From Verrucomicrobiota bacterium (GTDB lineage Bacteria; Verrucomicrobiota; Verrucomicrobiia; Palsa-1439), in NCBI GenBank assembly GCA_900299315.1, contig OMJI01000097.1, positions 1-51,621 of the forward strand: a DNA stretch of 51,621 bases. Direction: 5' to 3'. Positions 17,870-26,833 of this stretch are shown here, piece after piece (position 1 is the stretch's first letter; each line of letters starts with the position of its first letter). The position numbers and the translations under genes are program-made. A model generated the notes under the pieces. The model was not told where the DNA came from. It saw nothing but the letters and a program-made list of their open reading frames with translations, and ran no database searches.

Positions 17870-18754
17870 TCAATGCGCCCGCAACTGCCGGAGCAACTGC
17901 AACGTCGTCCGCCCCACGATCTCCAAGCTGCGCGGGCTGAGCTTGTCGAGCGTGTCCTGGTCCGTGTGCCAGTAATCGTTCCGCCCGGGAGCGCTGCCGT
18001 ATTCGAAATCAATCAGGTCCACCGCGGGAATGCCGGCTTGGAGGAACGGGACGTGATCATCGAGTATCTCCCCGTAGAAATAGGAAAAATACTGCCGGTA
18101 ACCAAGCGTCTCCGCGGCGCGAAACACTTCGCCCAGCAAGTCACCACTACCGGAACTCGGCAGCGTCACGGTCAGGTTCGCATCACCCACCATATCGAGC
18201 AGGATCATCGCTTGGACCCGGTTCACCTGCCCCGCGGCCTTTAGCGACTCGACGAAATACCGGCTGCCCCACAAACCATCATCAGCCCGGTAATCCTCCA
18301 TCGCTTCCTCGCCATCGAAGAAAACGAACCACAAGTTCGGCTGCCCGGCCAGCACGCGCGCCAACTCCAACAGCGCGCCGCTGCTCGAACCGCCATCGTT
18401 GGCGCCCACAAACCCCGGCAGAATCTTCGTGTCGTAGTGCGAGCCGAGAATGATGACCTGCCCCGCCGCGGATTTCGTCCGACACACCACATTGCGGAAG
18501 AGCACCGGCCCGCGCGGCGTACCGGCCCGAAATTCCTGAACCTCGACTTCCAGTCCCACCGCCTTGAGTTGAGACGCGATGTAGTCCGCCGACTGCCGGG
18601 CTGCGTCGCTGCCGCTGGGCCGGGGACCAAACGCGACGAGTTTGGTGACGTGCTGGAACGCATTCGTGCCGCTGAAACTCTCTGTTGCCGGGAACGGAAC
18701 CGGTCGCGCACAGCCGGCCAGCAACAGCAGCGCGATGATCAGGGATTTGGCCAT
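17870..18754 (-). CDS. M28-family peptidase / glutaminyl-cyclase-like lipoprotein
   Basis: Start trimmed to MAKSLIIALLLLAGC (lipobox); motifs GSHYDT, GANDGGSS, FFDGEE, HTDQD typical of M28 zinc peptidases. Confidence 0.8.
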   Translation of the reverse strand: MAKSLIIALLLLAGCARPVPFPATESFSGTNAFQHVTKLVAFGPRPSGSDAARQSADYIASQLKAVGLEVEVQEFRAGTPRGPVLFRNVVCRTKSAAGQVIILGSHYDTKILPGFVGANDGGSSSGALLELARVLAGQPNLWFVFFDGEEAMEDYRADDGLWGSRYFVESLKAAGQVNRVQAMILLDMVGDANLTVTLPSSGSGDLLGEVFRAAETLGYRQYFSYFYGEILDDHVPFLQAGIPAVDLIDFEYGSAPGRNDYWHTDQDTLDKLSPRSLEIVGRTTLQLLRQLRAH

Positions 18755-19860
18755 CGTTCCGCGAATGCGATGCGCCGCCCCAGCGACGGGTGATCGTGCA
18801 GCAGGTATTCGATGACCGGGTTCGGTTCGACGTCGGCGAGGTTTTGCTCGGCGAGTTTCTTCATGGCGCGGATGAAACCGTCGCGATTGCCGGTCAGCTC
18901 CAGCGCGGCCCGGTCGGCTTTCCATTCGCGCCAGCGGGAAAAGGCGTTGTTGACCGGCATCACGACCAACCCGAACGCGAACAGGCAAAGCGCCAGCAAC
19001 GGGAACGCGCCGATGTCCGCCCGGTCGGCAAAGCCCAGGCGTTCCAGCCCGAGGCGAAGCCCGGCGTTGGCGACCCACAGCCCAGCAAAGGTCGTCAGCG
19101 TGCTCCACGCAATCATCTTGCTGATGTCGCCGTGCTTGTAGTGCGCCATCTCGTGGGCGAGCACGACCTCGATTTCGTCCTCGGCAAAATGGTCGAGCAA
19201 TGTGTCGGCGAGGATGATGCGCTTGGTCTTGCCCAAGCCGGCGAAGGCGGCGTTGGCTTTCTTGGTTTTCTCGCTCATGCCCCACCGGTACACACCCAGC
19301 ACGTTGGCGCCGACGCGTTCGGCGAGCGTGGTGAGCTTCTGTTTGAGCGATTCATTTTCCAGCGGCACGAGCTTGTAGAACAACGGCAAGATGAGCACCG
19401 GGTAAAGCGTCGAGAGCACGACCCCAAACAGCAGGAAGAAGACACCGGCTCCCGCCCACCACCAATCACCGGCTTGCCGCAGAAGAAAATACACCACGTC
19501 CAGCACCACCGCGCCGAGCGCCAAGTTAAGAGCGAGCGATTTCAACTCGTCTTTCGCCCAGCCGCTGAGCTTCTCGTTCGAGAGTCCGAACCGGTGTTCG
19601 AGGTAGAAGTCGCCAAAGAAGTTGAGCGGCAGGAAGAGCAGTTTCACGCCGACCAACGTCACCGCCGCGTAGAGCGGAACGTGCAGCCACGGATTACCGG
19701 CTACGCCGCGCGCCCAGCCGGCCAGTGTTGCCGACCATCCGGACAGGAGAAAGAAGATCAACGCTGCCGCCGAAAGGATGACGTCGACGAGATACAGCCA
19801 GTTGTGGATTGCTTCGTACCGCTTGGCGCGGGCTTGCTGGTCGTCAGAGGTTTTCAACAC
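18739..19860 (-). CDS. M48-family (Ste24/HtpX-like) membrane zinc metalloprotease
   Basis: Multi-TM N-terminal half, HEMAHYKHGD (HExxH) and downstream E...D motifs; start set at GTG 19860 overlapping the parB stop (start uncertain). Confidence 0.8.
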   Translation of the reverse strand: MLKTSDDQQARAKRYEAIHNWLYLVDVILSAAALIFFLLSGWSATLAGWARGVAGNPWLHVPLYAAVTLVGVKLLFLPLNFFGDFYLEHRFGLSNEKLSGWAKDELKSLALNLALGAVVLDVVYFLLRQAGDWWWAGAGVFFLLFGVVLSTLYPVLILPLFYKLVPLENESLKQKLTTLAERVGANVLGVYRWGMSEKTKKANAAFAGLGKTKRIILADTLLDHFAEDEIEVVLAHEMAHYKHGDISKMIAWSTLTTFAGLWVANAGLRLGLERLGFADRADIGAFPLLALCLFAFGLVVMPVNNAFSRWREWKADRAALELTGNRDGFIRAMKKLAEQNLADVEPNPVIEYLLHDHPSLGRRIAFAERWPNP

Positions 19861-20791
19861 CCAACAATCCCAAGACGCGCGCCAGTTCGTCGTTGTTGTA
19901 GTATTCGATGACGATCCGTCCCTTGCCGCCCTTGTTGTGGCGGACGTTGATGCCGGTGCCGAACCGCTGCCGCAATCGTTCCTCGATCGCAATCACGTGC
20001 GGGTCCTTCACCGCCACGCCCAACACGCGCGGCTGGCCTTTCGCCAAGCCTTTGAGTTGCTCGACGAGTTGCTCCGTCTCGCGCACGGTCAGGCCTTGTT
20101 TCATCACTCGCTCGGCCACGAGCCGCTGTTCGTCCGGGATGGTGAGCCCGAGGATGGCTTTGGCGTGGCCGACCGTCAGCCGGTCACTGGCGATCCACGA
20201 CTGCACTTCCTCCGGCAGGTCGAGCAGACGCATCGCGTTTGCGACGGCGGCCCGGCTCCGACCGACCTTCTCGGCGATCTGTTCCTGCGTGAGTTGAAAT
20301 TGGGACGCGAGCTGCCGGTAGGCGCGGGCTTCCTCGATGGGGTTGAGGTCTTCGCGTTGGAGATTTTCGATGAGGGCAAGTTCGAGCACTTCCTGGTCGG
20401 TAGCCTGCCGGAGGATGACCGGCACAGACTGGAGACCGGCCTCGCGCGCGGCCCGCCAGCGCCGTTCGCCAGCAATCAACTCGTACCGGCCAGCGGCACC
20501 GGCCAGATGCCGGACGAGCAGTGGCTGGACGACGCCGCGTTGCTTGATGGACTCGGCCAGCTCGTGCAGTTCCTCCGCGGCAAATTCGGTGCGCGGTTGA
20601 AAGCGGCTGCGTTCGATTTGGTCGAGTGAGACCTGTTGGACCGCTTGCCCGAGGGGCATGATAGGTTGCTGCGGTTGAATGACTGCCGGTGCTGGCGGCA
20701 TGATTGCAATGGCCGCGCCGTCATTGCTTTCCGCGCGCCCCACGCCGCCGTTGATGAATGAATCCAGTCCCCGTCCCAACGCCTTTTTCAT
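19844..20791 (-). CDS. parB: chromosome partitioning protein ParB/Spo0J
   Basis: MKKALGRGLDSF N-terminus, GERRWRAA arginine patch, HTH and C-terminal dimerisation region; start trimmed to ATG 20791. Confidence 0.9.
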   Translation of the reverse strand: MKKALGRGLDSFINGGVGRAESNDGAAIAIMPPAPAVIQPQQPIMPLGQAVQQVSLDQIERSRFQPRTEFAAEELHELAESIKQRGVVQPLLVRHLAGAAGRYELIAGERRWRAAREAGLQSVPVILRQATDQEVLELALIENLQREDLNPIEEARAYRQLASQFQLTQEQIAEKVGRSRAAVANAMRLLDLPEEVQSWIASDRLTVGHAKAILGLTIPDEQRLVAERVMKQGLTVRETEQLVEQLKGLAKGQPRVLGVAVKDPHVIAIEERLRQRFGTGINVRHNKGGKGRIVIEYYNNDELARVLGLLGVENL

Positions 20792-20850
20792 GGGAAATTC
20801 CCTCCTCGTTGATGCGGTTCTTGTAGGGCGAAACCCGCGGTTTGTCGAGG

Positions 20851-21771
20851 CTAAACCCCGATTCCGAGGTCTTCGTAGACGGCTGTGTTCAGGGCGAGGT
20901 TGCGCCGATGATGCCGGGGCTCGCCGCACAAACCATCACAAACCCACGCGACCACGAGTTGCCGGTCGGGGTCGGCAAATCCCATGCATGACTGCGCGCC
21001 GCCGTGCCCGAACGTCCGCTCCGAGGCGTACCTGCCGAAGCCGTAAGGAACGGCTTCGACGCCGTACCGGTTCGAGTTCACAATGAAGCCGAGCCCCCAA
21101 TCGAGCTTGTGACGGAACGTCTCGTCGAAGAGTCCCTCCCGGTGTCGCTGGGTAAACAAGCTGAGCGTTGCCGGCTTCAACAGCGTACCGGCCAGCAATG
21201 CTTCGTAGAACTTGCCCAACTCCCGGACCGGCCCGCACGCACCATTACCGGGCTGGCCGGTGTTTTCCCACGGCAATGGAACCGGCGGTGTCCGGAACGT
21301 GTTCCACAAAGCACCGTCTGGTGGCGGTTCGCCGAAACTGGATTGACGCATACCAACGGGCAGGAAAATCTCCTCGCGAACATACCGGCTGAACTCACGG
21401 CCATCGATTTCTTGAATCACGTCGCCCAGCAACCGCCAGTTTGCGACTCGGTCGTAGGCGGCAACGCCGGTGGCGGTGTGTGTGAGGATTCGGCGCAGCC
21501 GGTCGTCCAACGGAAGCTTGCCGCGTTCGTAAAGCTGAGCGATGGCAACAGCCGCTAGCGGCTTCCCTGCGGATTGCCAAGGATACCGGGCATCAGGCCG
21601 GGCAACGCCGACTGCGAAGTCCCCTACCGGCTGGCCGCGAAGACTGACGTAAACTTGGGCCCCGGTGTGGAGACCTTGCTCGATCCCAGCCTGAAGGACT
21701 TGGCGGACGCGCGTCAGCATGGCGCGGTTTTGGGGGAGCCCGAGGAAAAAAACAAGCCGAACCCACATCAA
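20851..21771 (-). CDS. serine hydrolase (beta-lactamase/transpeptidase-like family)
   Basis: SAGK (SxxK) motif followed by LYERGKLPLDD and THT..G; start could be Met at 21720 instead. Confidence 0.65.
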   Translation of the reverse strand: MMWVRLVFFLGLPQNRAMLTRVRQVLQAGIEQGLHTGAQVYVSLRGQPVGDFAVGVARPDARYPWQSAGKPLAAVAIAQLYERGKLPLDDRLRRILTHTATGVAAYDRVANWRLLGDVIQEIDGREFSRYVREEIFLPVGMRQSSFGEPPPDGALWNTFRTPPVPLPWENTGQPGNGACGPVRELGKFYEALLAGTLLKPATLSLFTQRHREGLFDETFRHKLDWGLGFIVNSNRYGVEAVPYGFGRYASERTFGHGGAQSCMGFADPDRQLVVAWVCDGLCGEPRHHRRNLALNTAVYEDLGIGV

Positions 21772-21807
21772 GGGTGGATTCGGCTGAGAGTCAGATTGGC
21801 GAAAATT

Positions 21808-21990
21808 TTACCCGACCATGACACGACGGCCGTGGAAGGAGCCTTCCAGCCGGATCTGGCGACTGTTGATCAGGTCTGCCACGATAAACGCGCTAAGGCG
21901 TTGATTGTGCGTGATTTCATTCACGGTGTTGACCAAGTCCGCCAACGTTGGGCGGCTTCCGCGGGCTGTTTTTGTCGCGTTGCGTTTCAT
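21808..21990 (-). CDS. small hypothetical protein (60 aa)
   Basis: Intergenic ORF with no competing frame, directly downstream of a sigma-54-like promoter; no clear SD (would be near-leaderless). Confidence 0.35.
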   Translation of the reverse strand: MKRNATKTARGSRPTLADLVNTVNEITHNQRLSAFIVADLINSRQIRLEGSFHGRRVMVG

Positions 21991-22003
21991 GGTTTCTCAA
22001 TTA

Positions 22004-22019
22004 AGCAAACCCGGTGCCA
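22004..22019 (-). promoter_or_regulatory. sigma-54 (-24/-12) promoter candidate
   Basis: Minus strand reads TGGCAC-cgggt-TTGCT (plus strand GCAAacccgGTGCCA at 22005-22019); predicted TSS near 21993, 3 nt before ATG 21990. Confidence 0.4.
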
Positions 22020-22079
22020 GCCCGGCGGCTTGACTTGCCAGGGAGTTTCTGGAAAGGTCTTTGCGGCAACGGAACGGTT

Positions 22080-22155
22080 GGGGATGTAGCTCAGTTGGGA
22101 GAGCGCCTCGTTCGCAACGAGGAGGTCAGGGGTTCAAATCCCCTCATCTCCACCA
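22080..22155 (+). tRNA. tRNA-Ala (anticodon CGC)
   Basis: Acceptor GGGGATG/CATCTCC with G3:U70 alanine identity pair, D arm GCTC-AGTTGGGA-GAGC, anticodon stem CCTCG/CGAGG loop TTCGCAA, T arm AGGGG-TTCAAAT-CCCCT, encoded CCA; 76 nt. Confidence 0.9.
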
Positions 22156-22165
22156 ACCTCTCGGC

Positions 22166-23104
22166 ATGACCCCAGATTCACTCTTACCGGCCGCTGACCC
22201 TGACGCGTTGTTGCGCACCATCGGCAACACGCCGCTGATTCCTTTGCTCCGCATCGGCAAGGTGTTTGGCCCCTCTGTCAAAATCTTTGCCAAGGCCGAA
22301 TGGTTCAATCCCGGTGGTTCCGTCAAAGACCGCGCCGCGTACAGAATGATCCGGGCGGCTGAACTTTCCGGTACACTCACGGCCGAAAAAGTCATTCTCG
22401 ATGCCACCAGTGGCAATACCGGCATCGCTTACGCCCTCATCGCCGCCCGGCGCGGTTACCGGTGCAAGCTCCTCATGCCGGCCAACGCGAGCGTCGAACG
22501 CAAAAAGCTCCTCACCGCCTACGGTGCTGAACTTGTCCTGACCGACCCTGCAGAAGGCAGCGACGGCGCGTACTTCGCGGTGCAGGAATTGATCAAGAAG
22601 GAGCCCGACCGGTATTTCTATCCCGACCAGTACGGCAACTCCCAGAACCCGGAGGCCCACTACCACACCACCGGGCCCGAACTCATCAAACAGACCGACG
22701 GCCAGATCACCCACTTCGTCTCCGCCCTCGGCACGAGTGGCACCATGATGGGCACTTCGCGACGACTCCGGGAGTTCAATCCGAACATCCGCATCGTCGC
22801 GGTTCAGCCTGACGGCCCGTTTCACGGACTCGAAGGACTCAAGCACATGGAGACCGCCGCGCACGTGCCGGAGATTTTCAATCCCCGGCAGCCGGACGAA
22901 ACTATCGGCATCGGCACTGAAGCCGCCCAACAGATGTGCCGGCGCATGACCCGGGAGGAAGGCCTATACATCGGCATCAGCGCCGGTGCCGCCATCTGTG
23001 CCGCGCTGCAACTGGCCAGCACACTTAGCGAAGGCGTCATCTGCGCCATCGCGTGCGACGGCGGTTCCCGGTACCAAAGCGAGAAATTCTGGGAGGCAAA
23101 ATGA
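22166..23104 (+). CDS. cysM: PLP-dependent cysteine synthase (CysM-type by context)
   Basis: Start trimmed past the tRNA to ATG 22166; GNTPLIPL, NPGGSVKDR (PLP lysine), SGNTG, GTSGT motifs; followed by JAMM and sulfur-carrier genes. Confidence 0.85.
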   Translation: MTPDSLLPAADPDALLRTIGNTPLIPLLRIGKVFGPSVKIFAKAEWFNPGGSVKDRAAYRMIRAAELSGTLTAEKVILDATSGNTGIAYALIAARRGYRCKLLMPANASVERKKLLTAYGAELVLTDPAEGSDGAYFAVQELIKKEPDRYFYPDQYGNSQNPEAHYHTTGPELIKQTDGQITHFVSALGTSGTMMGTSRRLREFNPNIRIVAVQPDGPFHGLEGLKHMETAAHVPEIFNPRQPDETIGIGTEAAQQMCRRMTREEGLYIGISAGAAICAALQLASTLSEGVICAIACDGGSRYQSEKFWEAK

Positions 23105-23508
23105 AAATCTCCCCCGCCCTGCTTTCCGAAATCCACCAGCATCTTGAAGCCGGTTACCCGCACGAAGCGTGCGGCATGATGCTCGGCAAGGACGGCGTGG
23201 TCACTGAAATCGCCAAGGCCGACAACCAACGCACGGACAGCGCCCACAACCGGTATCTCATCGACCCGCTGGTCTACATGAAAATCGAGCGCAGTGCCGA
23301 CAAGCGCGGGCTGCATGTGATCGGGATCTATCACAGCCACCCGGACGTCGCCGCGCGACCGTCCCAGTTCGATCTCGACCACGCGTTCCCGTGCTTCTCC
23401 TATCTCATCGTATCAGTCTGCCGTGGCAAAGCCGTCGAGTCCAACTCCTGGCTGTTGCGCGAAGACCGCAGTCGATTTGACCAAGAGCCAGTTGATATTT
23501 CGGGCTGA
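23101..23508 (+). CDS. mec: JAMM/MPN+ metalloprotease (Mec-like)
   Basis: ATGA overlap with cysM stop; EACG and HSHPDVAARPSQFD (HxH...S..D) JAMM motif; 135 aa. Confidence 0.85.
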   Translation: MKISPALLSEIHQHLEAGYPHEACGMMLGKDGVVTEIAKADNQRTDSAHNRYLIDPLVYMKIERSADKRGLHVIGIYHSHPDVAARPSQFDLDHAFPCFSYLIVSVCRGKAVESNSWLLREDRSRFDQEPVDISG

Positions 23509-23532
23509 TTCGCTACACTCCCCACCTCGTTT

Positions 23533-25005
23533 ATGGCGATTACCATCACAGTTCCAACGGCCCTCCGACGCTTTGCCGGCAATCAACCCTCGGTCGAGGT
23601 TGCCGGCCACACGATCCAGGAAATCCTCAAGGACCTGATCCGGCAGCATCCCCAACTTGGCCAACACTTGTACGACAAGGACGGCAAGCTCCGCAATTTT
23701 GTGCGGATCTACGTGAACGACGAGGATATCCGCGCCACCGGCGACCACACTCCGGTGAAGGAAGGCGATGAGATCGCGATTGTGCCCTCGATTGCCGGTG
23801 GGGTTGAGCCGATCATCAAGGATCGCGCCAAACTGACCAACGACGATATCAAGCGCTATTCCCGGCATCTCATCCTCCCGGAAGTCGGCATGGAAGGCCA
23901 AGAACGCATCAAGGCCGCGAAGGTGTTGCTCATCGGCTCCGGTGGGCTTGGCTCACCGCTCGCGCTCTACCTGACTGCGGCCGGTGTGGGCACGATTGGG
24001 ATGGTGGAGTTCGACACCGTCGACTTCAGCAATCTGCAACGCCAGATTCTTCACTTCACACCGGACGTCGGTAAACACAAGCTCCAGAGCGCCGAGGAAA
24101 AGCTCAAGGCAATCAACCCGAACCTGAAGTTCATTCCACACAAGACCAAGATCACCAGCGACAACGCGCTCGACTTGATCAAGGACTACGACCTCGTCAT
24201 CGACGGCACCGACAATTTCCCGACCCGGTACCTCGTCAACGACGCCTGCGTGATGCTGAAGAAGCCAAACGTGTACGGCAGCATTTTCCGTTTCGAAGGC
24301 ATGGCCAGTGTGTTCGCACCGCACCTCGGCGGACCATGCTACCGGTGCTGGTACCCGGAACCGCCGCCGCCCGGCATGGTGCCGAGTTGCGCCGAGGGCG
24401 GAGTGCTGGGCGTCATCTGCGGCATCATTGGCAACATTCAAGCGAATGAGGCGGTGAAGCTCATCATCGGCAAAGGCAAGCCGCTCATGGGCCGGTTGCT
24501 CCGGTTTGATGCGATGGATATGAGCTTCCGGGAATACAAGATCCCGAAGGATCCGAACTGCCCGGTCTGCGGTAAGAATCCGACCATCACAAAGTTGATC
24601 GACTATCTCGAGTTTTGCGGAATTGGTCGCGGCGAAGCCGGCGGCACATCCGGTGACTCGATTGTTGAGGAGGACGAAGGCCTCGGCCCGGACGACATCA
24701 GCGTCGAGACCTTGAAGAAGATGCGCGACGCCAAACAGGATTTCATCCTCGTGGACGTCCGCAATCCCGACGAGTTCCAGATCAGCCAGATCGAAGGCTC
24801 GGTCAAGCTCCCTCTGCCGGACCTTCCGCAACGGTTCCAAGAACTGCCGAAAGACAAACTGCTAGTCGTCCACTGCAAGATGGGCGGCCGGAGCGCCCGG
24901 GCGGTGAACTTCTTGAAGCAGCAAGGCTATTCGCAGGTGAAGAACGTCGCCGGCGGCATCAACGCTTGGGCGGAACGCATCGACCCCGACATCCCACAGT
25001 ACTAA
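23533..25005 (+). CDS. CysO/MoaD/ThiS-like beta-grasp fused to MoeB/ThiF-type E1-like adenylyltransferase and rhodanese domain
   Basis: Residues 1-90 end in ...EIAIVPSIAGG (sulfur-carrier C-terminus, nt 23533-23802) and continue in frame into RYSRHLILPEVG, GSGGLG nucleotide loop, CxxC pairs (CYRC, CPVC) and a rhodanese CKMGGRS active-site loop. Confidence 0.85.
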   Translation: MAITITVPTALRRFAGNQPSVEVAGHTIQEILKDLIRQHPQLGQHLYDKDGKLRNFVRIYVNDEDIRATGDHTPVKEGDEIAIVPSIAGGVEPIIKDRAKLTNDDIKRYSRHLILPEVGMEGQERIKAAKVLLIGSGGLGSPLALYLTAAGVGTIGMVEFDTVDFSNLQRQILHFTPDVGKHKLQSAEEKLKAINPNLKFIPHKTKITSDNALDLIKDYDLVIDGTDNFPTRYLVNDACVMLKKPNVYGSIFRFEGMASVFAPHLGGPCYRCWYPEPPPPGMVPSCAEGGVLGVICGIIGNIQANEAVKLIIGKGKPLMGRLLRFDAMDMSFREYKIPKDPNCPVCGKNPTITKLIDYLEFCGIGRGEAGGTSGDSIVEEDEGLGPDDISVETLKKMRDAKQDFILVDVRNPDEFQISQIEGSVKLPLPDLPQRFQELPKDKLLVVHCKMGGRSARAVNFLKQQGYSQVKNVAGGINAWAERIDPDIPQY

Positions 25006-25008
25006 GCC

Positions 25009-25785
25009 GTGGCCATTCATCCCACAGCGATTATCAGTCCCCAAGCCGAACTCGACCCTTCGGTCGAAGTCGGGCCTAACGTGGTGATCGAGACGGGCGT
25101 GAAGATCGGGGCGAGGACACGGATTTGGGCCAACGCCTACATCGCCACCGGCACGGAGTTAGGGTGCGACAATGAAGTGCATATGGGCGCGGTGTTGGGC
25201 CATGAACCGCAAGACTTGGGCTTCAAGCGCGAGACGCGGAGTTTCCTGAAGGTGGGCGACCGGAATGTATTCCGGGAGTATTGCAACGTGCATCGCGGGA
25301 CGCAGCCCGAGAGCGCGACCATTATCGGCCACGATAACTACCTGATGGCCACGAGCCACGTCGGCCACAACAGCGTCATCGGCAACAACGTCATCCTCTG
25401 CAACTGCGCACTGGTGGCCGGTCACGTCCACGTGGGCGACCGGGCGTTCATCTCGGGCGGGGTAGTAATCCACCAATTCATGCAAGTCGGTCGGCTGGCG
25501 ATGCTATCCGGTAACTCCCGCGTCTCGATGGATGTGCCGCCCTTCCTGCTAGCCGCCGAACGAAACGAGATCCACGCCATCAATATCGTCGGGCTGAAAC
25601 GCGCGGATTTTTCCGCGAGCGCGATTGCCGAGATCAAGAAGCTCTTCAAACTCTTCTACCGGTCTTCCCAGAATTTCTCTGAAGCACTGGCCCAAGCAGA
25701 TCAATTCACCACGCCAGAGGCCAAAGAGTTCTTGGATTTCGTCCGCGGTTCCCCAAACGGCATCTGCCCACCGGCTCGCAACTAG
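25009..25785 (+). CDS. lpxA: acyl-ACP--UDP-N-acetylglucosamine O-acyltransferase
   Basis: GTG start; left-handed beta-helix hexapeptide repeats and LpxA-type C-terminal helical domain (IHPTAIISP..., GHDNYLMATSHVGHN). Confidence 0.9.
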   Translation: MAIHPTAIISPQAELDPSVEVGPNVVIETGVKIGARTRIWANAYIATGTELGCDNEVHMGAVLGHEPQDLGFKRETRSFLKVGDRNVFREYCNVHRGTQPESATIIGHDNYLMATSHVGHNSVIGNNVILCNCALVAGHVHVGDRAFISGGVVIHQFMQVGRLAMLSGNSRVSMDVPPFLLAAERNEIHAINIVGLKRADFSASAIAEIKKLFKLFYRSSQNFSEALAQADQFTTPEAKEFLDFVRGSPNGICPPARN

Positions 25786-26801
25786 TAAATCTCCGTGTGT
25801 TCGGGGCTGTGGATCGGGTAGGTAAACATCTCCACCGCGCGGAATCCTTCCGGTGGTTTTACACTTTGGTCGCCCAACCGGTTGAGTGACTCTGCCGCTA
25901 CCGCTCGGACAAAACCGCTCTCGTCGCCGGCAACCTTCCGCAAGTCCGGCACAGCCGCTTTGTCACCGATCAACCCGAGCGCGTACGCTGCCGCGCCCCG
26001 CACATGGTCGTCAGAATCCTGCAGCGCGGCCACAAGCTTGTCGCGGGCTGAGTAGGCCTTGATCTTGCCCAGCGAGAGGGCGGCTTCCCCGCGGACGATG
26101 GGATCTGTATCCGCCAGCGCATTTTGGAGCACCGGGATGTTTTCCCGAGCCGGGTACTTTGCCAGCAGATACATCACGATCCGGCGGGTGTCTGCGTAAG
26201 GATGCTGGGCTAATGCACGAACACGTTCCGGCACAGTCTGGTCACGCAATGCCTCGATGGCCAACAACGCAGAGCGTTCACGCACGGAGTTGTTGAGGTC
26301 GGTCAGCGCATTGATCGCGACCGGCAATGCCGATCGGTCGCCAAGAAATGCCAACCCCCAAAGCGCACGAAAGCGGGCTACCGGCGCAGTGTCTTCCTGC
26401 ACGACCTTGATGATGTCCGGGAGAATAATCCTATCGCCAATCGTGCAAAGTCCCCAAGCCGCAGCAGCTCGAACCCGGTCGTTCTCGTCGCGCAGTACCG
26501 GGCGGAGTGATTCGATTACCGGACGCTCTTTGTATGCCCCGAGATTCCAAGCAGCCAAAGCGCGGACCTCAGGACTGGGATCACGAATCGCCTTCAGAAG
26601 AAGGTCCCGGGCGGCTGGCAGGTTGAGTGATTTTAGCTCACGTACAGCTTGGACGCGCTGGGATTCATCCTTCGACGCCAACCATCGTTCCAAGCGCTGC
26701 AGTCGCCGGTCGCTGGTCGTGGCCGGGGATTGCTGACCGAATGCCAGAGTCGCTGTGGAGAGGACAAACGCGGCCAGCAGTCCTGTGTGCATGAAGTTCA
26801 T
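25782..26801 (-). CDS. secreted HEAT-repeat protein (339 aa)
   Basis: Signal peptide then repeated D...VR..AA.ALG.....A.P.L motifs (PBS-lyase-type HEAT repeats). Confidence 0.8.
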   Translation of the reverse strand: MNFMHTGLLAAFVLSTATLAFGQQSPATTSDRRLQRLERWLASKDESQRVQAVRELKSLNLPAARDLLLKAIRDPSPEVRALAAWNLGAYKERPVIESLRPVLRDENDRVRAAAAWGLCTIGDRIILPDIIKVVQEDTAPVARFRALWGLAFLGDRSALPVAINALTDLNNSVRERSALLAIEALRDQTVPERVRALAQHPYADTRRIVMYLLAKYPARENIPVLQNALADTDPIVRGEAALSLGKIKAYSARDKLVAALQDSDDHVRGAAAYALGLIGDKAAVPDLRKVAGDESGFVRAVAAESLNRLGDQSVKPPEGFRAVEMFTYPIHSPEHTEIY

Positions 26802-26833
26802 GCGAGCAGCGCGTCAACCCTGCCCCGACCGAA

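Noticed and set aside
18755-19285. N-terminal extension of the M28 peptidase ORF (471-aa version)
   Set aside because: It overlaps the M48 protease gene in another frame and is Arg/Pro-rich. A lipoprotein signal peptide begins at the Met at 18754.
22030-22060. Possible sigma-70 promoter for tRNA-Ala (TTGACT at about 22030)
   Set aside because: The -10 region at the proper spacing (AAAGGT) is poor, so this is not reported as a feature.
22061-22165. 5' extension of the cysteine synthase ORF
   Set aside because: The extension runs through tRNA-Ala (22080-22155). The CDS was trimmed to ATG 22166.
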